NCBI GenBank assembly: GCA_028700115.1
Contig: JAQVTI010000009.1
Span: forward strand, 4,841 to 36,840
Source of the DNA: Candidatus Iainarchaeum sp.
GTDB lineage: Archaea; Iainarchaeota; Iainarchaeia; Iainarchaeales; CSSED10-239
DNA: 32,000 nucleotides
Reading direction: 5' to 3'
Below, piece after piece: positions 23,716 through 32,000 of the stretch (the stretch's first letter is position 1; each line of letters opens with the position of its first letter). Both the position numbers and the translations under genes were made by a program. The notes beneath the pieces are model-generated. The model saw only the letters and a program-made list of their open reading frames with translations, did no database searches and was not told the origin of the DNA.

Positions 23716-26700
23716 ATGAATAATAAGAATATAAATAATAGTCATTTTCCAAAAATACTATTATCTTTAAGTTTAATCTTTTTCTTTTTATTATCATTTG
23801 GGAATGTATTTGCTGCACCAACAATTACTGTAGATACATTAACTACAAATGATCAAACTCCTGAATTAACAGGAGATATTAGTTTAGATGGAGAATCAAT
23901 TACAAGTATGCAATTAATTTTAGATGGTGTTACTTATGGAGATTCTTCTATTACTAGAACTACAACTACTTGGACATTAGCAGATAATGTGATTACATCT
24001 AATTTATCTGAAGCTACTTATGATGTTGCTGTGCAAATGAACACAAGTGTAACTGGATCTGTAACTGATTCTACATCTGATGAATTAGTAATTGATACAA
24101 CTGCACCTACAGTTTCTATTACATTAAGTGATTATGCTTTAATTGTAGGTGAAACATCAACTGTAACTTTTACATTTAGTGAAGCTCCAATTGGATTTAC
24201 ATCTGATGATGTTATCTTAACAGATGCAAATGGAACTATTGGAGAAATTACAAATGAGGGTTTAGTTTATTCAGGTACTTTTACTCCTACAGATGATTTA
24301 GAAGATGCTGAAAATGTAATTACTGTTGGAACTTCTTGGACTGATGCAGCTGGAAATTCACCAATCGGAACTACAGATTCTTCAAATTATGAAATTGATA
24401 CACAAAAGAACCTACATTATCTATTACATTAAGTGATTATGCTTTAATTGTAGGTGAAACATCAGTTGTAACTTTTACATTTAGTGAAGCTCCAACTGAT
24501 TTTACTGTAGATGATGTAACAATAATTGATAATGGAATTTTATCTGATTTTGCTGTTAATGGTGTAGATTCTAAAATCTATACTGCTACTTTTACTCCTG
24601 CAGATGATTTAGAAGATGCAACAAATATTATTACTGTTGGAACTTCTTGGACTGATGCAGCTGGAAATTCACCAATCGGAACTACAGATTCTTCAAATTA
24701 TAAAATTGATACAAAAGAACCTGTTATTTCTGAAGTTACAGCTGTAGTTACTCCTACAAATGATTCTACTCCTGAATACACTTTTACTACAAGTGAAGTA
24801 GGAAATATGTCATTTACTGGAGGGTGTTCAACTTCAGATACAATTAGTGCTACTGGAGATGCAACAATTACATTTGCTGCATTATCTGATGGAACATATG
24901 ATTGTAACTTAATTGTAACTGATGCAGCTGGAAATGCATCTAATATTTTAAATATAAGTGAATTTACTATTGATGCTACAAGTCCAACATATGAAATTTT
25001 ATATTCAAATAATGGACCTGTAAAATCTGGAGATTCTGTAACTATTACAGCTGAGTTTAATGAAGATGTTAAAGACTCATCTGTTCCACAAATTGAATTA
25101 TCTGGAGATGCTACTGGATTTGATGCTATTAATATGACTAAAACAGATTCAAATACTTATACTTATGTTTGGACTGTTGGAACAGGAGATGGAAATTTAA
25201 TTCCTACTGTCACAGTTGCTGAAGATTTAGTAGGAAATGTTATAACTGAAACAGGATCTACAAAAACTCAAATTGAAGTAGATAATACTTTGCCAACTTT
25301 AAGTTCTGTTACAATTGAATCTAATAATTCAAATACAGCTTATGCAAAAGTTGGAGATGTAGTAACTTTAAGTTTTACTGCAAGTGAAAATTTACAAACA
25401 CCTACTGTTACAATTGCAGGTTATTCTGTGGGTGCAATTTTATCTGAAGGCAGTTATATTGCAGAATATACTTTAGTTTCTGGAGATGCTGAAGGAATTA
25501 TTTCTTTTACAATAGATTTTACAGATACTGCTGGAAATGAAGGTAGTCAAGTAACAACTACTACTAATGAATCTAGTGTTACTTTTGATAAAACTATACC
25601 AATTATCTCAAGTGTTGTTTTAGGTTCTGATGAATATATTAATTCTGATGAAACTACTAGTGGTATAAATATTTTAGTAAATACAACAGGTGTTGAAGAT
25701 TCTCAAACTGTGACTTGTGAATTAACAGATGGAACTACAACTATTTCAAAAATTGGAAGTGTTTCTAGTAATACTGTTACAATTGCAAGTGGTGTTTTAA
25801 CATCATTAAATGATGGAACAATTACAGTAACTTGTGATGTTTCTGATATTTCTGGAAATGCTGCAACTTCTGAAAGTAATACAGCTACAAAAGATACAGT
25901 TGCACCAACTTTAGTTTCTGCAGAAAAAGTTTCTGAAACAGGAATTGAATTAACTTTATCTGAAACAATTACAGATAATGATTCAAATCCAACTGATTTT
26001 ACAGTAACTGATTCACAAGATAATACATTTACTGTAACTAGTCAATCAAATACAGATGGAACAACTATTTTGTTAACAGTTAATTCAATGCATACATCTA
26101 TTGGAGATTTAACTGTAACTTATACAAATAATAATTCAGAAGTAGAAGATTTAGCAGGAAATGATTTAGCAACTGATTCAACTGGAGTTGTTGCTTCAAG
26201 TGTAAATTATTTATCATTTGTTGAAGGTTGGAATTATTTTGCACTTCCAAAAGATACTGAAGATAATACAATTTCTGCTATGTTTAATACAAATCTAGAA
26301 AATATAGAAGTTATTTACAAATATGATTCTGTAAATGAACAATATGTTGCAATGGATAATTCAGACGAATTAGAACTTTTAGAGGGATATATTATAAAAA
26401 CAACATCTGCATTTGATGAAGAAGTTGTTTATGAATTAGATTCTGCATTATATTCTGGAGAATATAGAACTTTAGTTCCTGGAACTTGGAATTTAGTTGG
26501 AAATACTTCTTTAGAAAATAGATCTAGAATGTCATATATTTTGAATTCTTGTGAAAGTACTGTTTCTGAAGATAATCTTTGGGATATGACTGTTCATTAT
26601 AATGAAGCTGGCCAATATGGATTTATACAAAATATACTTTCTTCTTATAATGTAGATTTAATGGATTCATTCTGGGTATATGTTCCAACTTTACCAGATT

Positions 26701-26747
26701 ATCAATCTTGTACAATGCTTTTAAATAGATTAGAGGTTGAAGAATAA
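23716..26747 (+). pseudogene. large secreted surface protein with Ig-like repeats, interrupted by a frameshift at about 24400-24404
   Basis: Signal peptide MNNKN...LSFGNVFA-AP. Repeated TAPTVSITLSDYALIVGETS.VTFTFSEAP...DAAGN modules. The frame of ORF 24807..26747 is open back to 24408 and continues the repeat (EPTLSITLSDYALIVGETSVV...). Confidence 0.7.
24115..24722 (+). repeat. two tandem copies of a roughly 303-bp (101-aa) coding repeat
   Basis: tctattacattaagtgattatgctttaattgtaggtgaaacatca occurs at 24115 and 24420. The last ~75 nt of the two copies differ at a single position. Confidence 0.85.
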
Positions 26748-26817
26748 ATCTGTATAAGAAAAGATTTAATCTTTTCTTTTTTTCCTTTTTTTTATAAAAA
26801 AAGGGAGGTTATAAAAA

Positions 26818-28080
26818 ATGATGAAAAAAATATTTAAAATATTTATATTATTTGTAATTTTTTCAATAGGTGTTATATATGCAACTCCTAATTTACCATC
26901 TACTCCACATGCATTTTATGGAAATGTGACAAATGATGGAACTGCTTTAGAAACAGGTTGTGTTATTTGTACTGAAGTAAATGGAATAACAAATCTAAAT
27001 GATTGTATAACAACAGATCAATTAGGAAAATATGGTTATAATAGAAAATTAATTGCACAAAATGTAAATTTAGAAGATGGAAATATAGTTAAATTTAAAA
27101 TAGGTTCAACTTATGCAACTCAAACAGATGAATTTGAATCAGGAGAAATTACTTTTTTAGATTTAAGTTTTACTGGAGCAGATTGTTCAGAAGAACCTGA
27201 AGGAACTGATCCTAGTTCAGGAACTACTGGAGGTTCTGATAATACCTCTGGAACAACAGGTTCAAGTGGATCTACTGGATCAACTACAGGAACTACAGAT
27301 GATCAAAATACACAAAGCCCATCATATACTGGACAAGATAAACAAGGTATTTTAGATACAATTGATTTAGAAAAAGATTTTCCACAAACACAAAATAAAG
27401 ACGATTTACAAATAAATCTAATTGAAGAAAATTCATATTCAACAAATACAAATAGTTCAAACTTTGATTCTATTTTAGAAAAGATAGAAGATTCAAAAAA
27501 ACAAGAATTTAATGAACTAAAAAATAGATTAAATTCAAATAATAATCTAAGAAGTACAATAAATATAAAAGAATATGAAATAGTAAATCCAGATACAGGA
27601 GAAAAAAGTTATTCTACAAAAATAGAATTAAAACTTCAAGCTTTAGATAATTTAGAAGAAATTGAATATGTTTTAGTTATACCTAAAGAAATAGCACAAG
27701 ATGTATTGGAAATTATCTTTAATATAGAACCTTCTGAAGTTTTAAATGCAGACCCTGTTGTAAAATGGAATGTTGATAGTTTACAAAAAGGAGAAATCTT
27801 AGATTTATCTTATTTTGTAAAAAAAGAAATATTAATTCAAGATTTAGATTTTATTTCAATTAGTGGAGCAAAAGACGTAGATTTAGAAAATACAAATATT
27901 AATACAAATACTACTGGAGATAGTAATAATAATAATAATTCTCCTATAGATACAACTACTCCTTCAAATGCACCTTTTAAATCTAGATTGCCATATCTTA
28001 TAGGTATTTTAGTTGTTGCTATTATTATTGGAATAATTGTTGATATTTCTAAAAAAAAGAAAAAACATAAAGGGCTTTAA
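26818..28080 (+). CDS. surface protein with N-terminal signal/anchor, Ser/Thr/Gly-rich linker and C-terminal TM anchor
   Basis: MMKKIFKIFILFVIFSIGVIYA, then TPHAFYGNVTNDG (reminiscent of archaeal PGF-pre-PGF-type domains), SSGTTGGSDNTSGTTGSSGSTGSTTGTT, and C-terminal LPYLIGILVVAIIIGIIV followed by KKKKKHK. GGGAGG precedes the start. Confidence 0.75.
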   Translation: MMKKIFKIFILFVIFSIGVIYATPNLPSTPHAFYGNVTNDGTALETGCVICTEVNGITNLNDCITTDQLGKYGYNRKLIAQNVNLEDGNIVKFKIGSTYATQTDEFESGEITFLDLSFTGADCSEEPEGTDPSSGTTGGSDNTSGTTGSSGSTGSTTGTTDDQNTQSPSYTGQDKQGILDTIDLEKDFPQTQNKDDLQINLIEENSYSTNTNSSNFDSILEKIEDSKKQEFNELKNRLNSNNNLRSTINIKEYEIVNPDTGEKSYSTKIELKLQALDNLEEIEYVLVIPKEIAQDVLEIIFNIEPSEVLNADPVVKWNVDSLQKGEILDLSYFVKKEILIQDLDFISISGAKDVDLENTNINTNTTGDSNNNNNSPIDTTTPSNAPFKSRLPYLIGILVVAIIIGIIVDISKKKKKHKGL

Positions 28081-28210
28081 AGTCCTTTCTCCTCAAAGAA
28101 CAAATGTAATATAAACTATAAAATACAAAATATAAAATATTTTGTAGTTTGTGTATTTGTTCACATTTAAGTGGACTACCTTTTTAAATAGATTGGTGTA
28201 TAATTTAATT

Positions 28211-28729
28211 ATGAATAACAATAATTCCATTAAAAAGATATTAAAATCTTTAGAATATAAAAAAGAAAATAAAGATTATCTATTTTTAATTGAATGGATT
28301 AAAAAAAATTCAGAAAAAAAAGAATTTATTGGAATTATTAATTATCTTAAAGAATATGATTTTGGAAAAAGTTATTTTGATATACTTAATTGGATTAGAA
28401 AAAAAGAAAAATTAGAATTTGATTCTGATTTTAAAGTAACTTCTAAATACTTTAATAAATTTATAAAACCTAATCTTTCTTCAAAAACTCCTTCTTATAA
28501 TTTAATTAGTGAATTTATAAATTCACCAATTATTGAACTTTATAAAAACCAAAAAATAAATGTTTATGGTTTTTTTCAAGAAGCAAATAAATTTGTTTCA
28601 ACTATAAATAATCCATCTATAAACAAAACTGTTATAGATTATGATTTTTCAACATTTTCAGTAAGTATTCCTTCTATAAAAGGAACTTATGATCAAAAGG
28701 TCTCTATTTTTATGACTTATTGCCTTTAA
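28211..28729 (+). CDS. hypothetical protein
   Basis: ATG 28211 preferred over GTG 28151. No motif recognised. The next ORF overlaps its end in another frame, so one frameshifted gene is possible. Confidence 0.45.
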   Translation: MNNNNSIKKILKSLEYKKENKDYLFLIEWIKKNSEKKEFIGIINYLKEYDFGKSYFDILNWIRKKEKLEFDSDFKVTSKYFNKFIKPNLSSKTPSYNLISEFINSPIIELYKNQKINVYGFFQEANKFVSTINNPSINKTVIDYDFSTFSVSIPSIKGTYDQKVSIFMTYCL

Positions 28730-28800
28730 ATCAAAAAGAAATTCATACTTGTATTCAAAAAAGTCTTTCTTGTTGTCAAAAACAACTATTTAATTATTCA

Positions 28801-29181
28801 ATGAATATCTTTGTTTTTGATCTTGATAATAAATTTACAAAAGAAAGTCTTTCTTATTTATTTAGTAAACCTATTAAAAATTCAATAAATATTTGTGTTC
28901 TTTTAAATAAAAATAAAAAATCTAAAATATCTAAAGAAATTATGAAATCTTTAGAAAAATCTAACTTAAGTTTTATAATTTCAAAAGAAAGTTTAGATAT
29001 TTGTGAAAATATAATAAACTGTAGATCTTACTATAAACAAATAGGTAGGTTTATAGAAGATTTATGTGAATTTAAAGAAGATTTATACTTTTTCTTAAAA
29101 GTTTATAAAAAACCTATATTTTTAGAAAAAGCAAAAATGACACAAGATGTTTTTGAAAAAAATATTATTGATTTAAAATAA
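28801..29181 (+). CDS. hypothetical protein (start uncertain: TTG 28720 or ATG 28801)
   Basis: Open frame from 28693. No motif recognised. Confidence 0.4.
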   Translation: MNIFVFDLDNKFTKESLSYLFSKPIKNSINICVLLNKNKKSKISKEIMKSLEKSNLSFIISKESLDICENIINCRSYYKQIGRFIEDLCEFKEDLYFFLKVYKKPIFLEKAKMTQDVFEKNIIDLK

Positions 29182-29226
29182 TTTTTATATTTATCAATAT
29201 TTTTAATATAGGGAAAGGTGATGTAT

Positions 29227-29670
29227 ATGGTTGAAGAAAAAAAAATAATAAATAGTGTGGACAAAAATAAAAAAGATATACAAATAAAATAACTTACTGA
29301 TAAATATAAAAAATTAATAACTAAATATATAAAATTAGATAAATCATATCATAAACAACAAACAAATTTATATGATCTAAGAAATGATTTTAGACATTTG
29401 AAAATAAGATATAAAAAACAAGAAGACGAATTAGATAGAATAAATAAAGAAAATACTAAACTTTCAAGAGAATATAAATCTGTAAATAATAGAAGATTAC
29501 ATTTATTATATCTTAAATGGAAATATGAATTTTTAAATAATAACTTAAAAGAAGATATTTCTAATTTCAAATTAGAAAATAATCAATTGGAAGAAAGAAA
29601 AAAAGTCTTAGATAGATATAGTAAACAACTAGGGTATAATGATTTTAAGGAAAATAAAGATTTATCTTAG
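29227..29670 (+). pseudogene. coiled-coil protein ORF with an in-frame TAA at 29290-29292
   Basis: AAAGGTG precedes ATG 29221/29227. The same frame continues after the TAA for 126 codons with heptad-like K/E/L/N content and no in-frame ATG. Confidence 0.35.
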
Positions 29671-29700
29671 GATAAATCTTTTTTATAAAATTATATTTTG

Positions 29701-29802
29701 AAATTTTTAATTTTATTTAAAAATTTGTGCTTTGCAAAATATATTTAAACAAAAAACACTTAAAGCTTACACATAATAATATAATATAGAGATGAATATA
29801 AA
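29701..29802 (+). promoter_or_regulatory. conserved 5' element, copy 2 (upstream of the UvrD-like helicase)
   Basis: Shares the tttgtgctttgcaaaatat core and flanks with 21865-21990. Ends at ATG 29803. Confidence 0.6.
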
Positions 29803-32000
29803 ATGGAATTAAATACACAACAGAAAAAAGCAATAAATCTAACTAAAGGTCCGTGTGTTGTTCTTGCAGGAGCAGGAACTGGAAAAACTTATACAATTAG
29901 ACAAAAAATAAAACATTTAATAGAAAATAATTTTTATAAACCAAAAGAAATACTTTGTCTTACTTTTTCTAATGAAGCAACAAATAATTTAAGACAAAAA
30001 GTCTCAGAAGACATAAATGAACTTTCAAATGATTTAACAATTAAGACATTTCATTCTTTTTGTTATGAGATAATTAAAGAAAATACAGATTTTTTTAAAA
30101 TAAAAGAAGATTCACAAATAATCTCTCCAGATGACTTTAAAGTTTTTTTACATAAATATTTCAATATAGATGCATATTATTCAAATAGATATGTAAACAC
30201 TATACAAAACTGTAAAGACTTTGGAATAACTATAGAACAAATAAAACAATATATCCAAGACAAAATATTAGTTAACTTAATAGATATAGAACATATTGAA
30301 AAACTTAAAGAAATTTATAAAAATAAACAAAAAAGATTATCTACTTTATATCTAGAACTAAACAATGCAGATAAAGATTATAAAAAAGAACTAAAACAAG
30401 AAAAAAAAGAAATAAAAGAATTTATTGAAAACTATCAAAAATATATTAAATTTAATAAATTTATAGAAACTTGGGAAAAATACGAAGAATTCAAAAAAGA
30501 AAAAGGATATTTAGATTATGGAGATCTAAATAAGTTTGTTTTAGATTATTTTAAAGAAATAGGTTCAGAAAAATATGTAGATGAATACAAATATGTTTTT
30601 GTAGATGAATTTCAAGACACAAACAAACTACAATTTGAACTTATTAAATATATTGCAAAACACAAAAACATAACTGTAGTTGGAGACCTAAATCAATCTA
30701 TTTATGGATTTAGAGGAGCATATAAAGAAAGTTTTGAAGAATTTAAGAAATTCTTTAATGTTTTAGAAGAAGATATATGTAAATTAGATATTTCTTATAG
30801 ATCTACAAATAAAATCTTAAACACATCTTATGATCTTATAAAAAATAATTATGAAAATATTCAAGATTGTGTAAAAATACATAGTTTTAAAGAAAAAGAA
30901 GGAAATCAAGTAAAATGTATTAACTTTAATAATCAATATGAAGAAGCTAGATTTATTACAGATGATATTTTAGAAAAAAAAGAAAATATAAGTCTAGATA
31001 ATATATGTGTTCTTGTAAGAACACATAAACAAGCAGAAGTTATAAAACAAGCTTTAGAACTTAAGAAAATTCCATATGTTTATGCAGGTAAAAAAAACCT
31101 ATTAGATGCCCCTGAAATACAAACTGTAGTTTCATATCTTTCAGTTTTAAGTAACTTAATAGAAAGAAAAGCAATAGGAGATATTTCTTGGTGGAATTTG
31201 TTTCATTATTCTAACCTACTTAGTGCAAAAGACTCATATAAAATAGGTAAATTCTTAAAAGACAATAGATTCAAAGAAATTACAATAAATGATATCTTAT
31301 TAGAAACAAATAAAGAAGATTTAGGACTTTCTTTAGAAGGAAAAAAAATAATTCAAAGAATTTTACAAAGATTTGATAAGATTTTAAAAATATCAAATAA
31401 AAAAATTCCACAAATTGTTCTAGATATTTATGATATATGTGGAATAAATAGAAAATTTACATATGTAAGAAATCTAGAAAACACAGAACATCTTTATAAT
31501 CTTAAAAAATTTTATGAAATTTCAGAAAGTTTCTATAAAATGCATTCAAAAAGAATAGTTGATTTTGTTGAATATTTAGAAATTATAAACAAACTAAATA
31601 TAACAGTAGATGCAGAAAAAATAAACAATAAGAATGCAGTTAGACTTATGACAATACATGCAAGTAAAGGACTAGAGTTTAATACAGTGTATGTTACAAA
31701 TCTAGCAAAAGATAGATTTCCAGTAACTAGAACAAAAAACGATCCTCTTATACCAAAAGAGCTTTTAGAAGATAGAAGACTTAAAATTGAAGATATTAAA
31801 AAAGAAAACACCTCTTTAGATGAAAAAGAACTAGAAAAGTTAGTAGAAAAAGAAATAAAAAACTATGAAAAAGAGATCTTTATATATGAAGAGAGAAGAC
31901 TTTTCTATGTAGCTATAACTAGAGCAGAAGAAAATCTTTATTTTACATATGCAAAAAGTTATAATGATTCAGATAAAGAATATACAAAATCTGTTTTCCT
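29803..32000 (+). CDS. UvrD/PcrA/Rep-family superfamily 1 DNA helicase (3' end beyond the window)
   Basis: AGAGTGKT (I), LTFSNEA (Ia), VDEFQDTN (II), VGDLNQSIYGFRGA (III), YRST (IV), MTIHASKGLEFNTVYV (V) and EERRLFYVAITRAEENL (VI). The frame is open to position 32000. Confidence 0.9.
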   Translation, partial: MELNTQQKKAINLTKGPCVVLAGAGTGKTYTIRQKIKHLIENNFYKPKEILCLTFSNEATNNLRQKVSEDINELSNDLTIKTFHSFCYEIIKENTDFFKIKEDSQIISPDDFKVFLHKYFNIDAYYSNRYVNTIQNCKDFGITIEQIKQYIQDKILVNLIDIEHIEKLKEIYKNKQKRLSTLYLELNNADKDYKKELKQEKKEIKEFIENYQKYIKFNKFIETWEKYEEFKKEKGYLDYGDLNKFVLDYFKEIGSEKYVDEYKYVFVDEFQDTNKLQFELIKYIAKHKNITVVGDLNQSIYGFRGAYKESFEEFKKFFNVLEEDICKLDISYRSTNKILNTSYDLIKNNYENIQDCVKIHSFKEKEGNQVKCINFNNQYEEARFITDDILEKKENISLDNICVLVRTHKQAEVIKQALELKKIPYVYAGKKNLLDAPEIQTVVSYLSVLSNLIERKAIGDISWWNLFHYSNLLSAKDSYKIGKFLKDNRFKEITINDILLETNKEDLGLSLEGKKIIQRILQRFDKILKISNKKIPQIVLDIYDICGINRKFTYVRNLENTEHLYNLKKFYEISESFYKMHSKRIVDFVEYLEIINKLNITVDAEKINNKNAVRLMTIHASKGLEFNTVYVTNLAKDRFPVTRTKNDPLIPKELLEDRRLKIEDIKKENTSLDEKELEKLVEKEIKNYEKEIFIYEERRLFYVAITRAEENLYFTYAKSYNDSDKEYTKSVF

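Noticed and set aside
29290-29292. Stop-codon reassignment or alternative genetic code as the explanation for the in-frame TAA and other interruptions
   Set aside because: TAA terminates most well-conserved genes here at their expected lengths (DEAD-box helicase, rbcL, serS, FKBP), and TGA ends the 104-aa swivel ORF. No conserved domain requires readthrough.

Overview
Very AT-rich, gene-dense prokaryotic window. I saw no rRNA, tRNA or CRISPR array. Many starts are preceded by GGAGG or GGTGA.

Backbone genes:
- DEAD-box helicase (7177-8529, -)
- form II/III-type RuBisCO (9486-10907, -)
- DUF134 / NifX-like / DUF5320 triad (10975-11847, -)
- SlyD-like FKBP (12077-12667, +)
- AAA ATPase bracketed by 55-bp direct repeats (12955-14366)
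- serS (14550-15842, +)
- HIT protein (15884-16294, +)
- UvrD-like helicase (29803 to the window end, +, partial)

The gene set and the surface-protein style suggest a DPANN-type archaeon. A CPR bacterium is not excluded, and sequence alone does not settle it.

The standout is two divergent copies of one uncharacterised enzyme core.
- Locus A (45-5076, +): PqqD-like protein, radical SAM/SPASM, ThDP enzyme, stand-alone PEP-utilizer swivel domain, unknown protein X, second radical SAM.
- Locus B (16416-20851, -): 48-aa leading ORF, radical SAM/SPASM, methyltransferase, X paralog, swivel domain, HFCD-like flavoprotein, second radical SAM/SPASM.

This reads as a RiPP-like or small-molecule tailoring system that couples radical SAM chemistry to a split phosphohistidine module. 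I recall no characterised pathway with this architecture, but I cannot search databases here.

From 20.9 to 29.7 kb lies a rearranged, decaying accessory region. It holds a truncated RecG-like regulator, a 161/167-bp duplication around a truncated exonuclease, a frameshifted Csa3-like regulator, a 23-bp x4 iteron-like array, a frameshifted ArsR-like gene, a roughly 1000-aa Ig-repeat surface protein broken at a repeat junction, and a coiled-coil ORF with an in-frame TAA.
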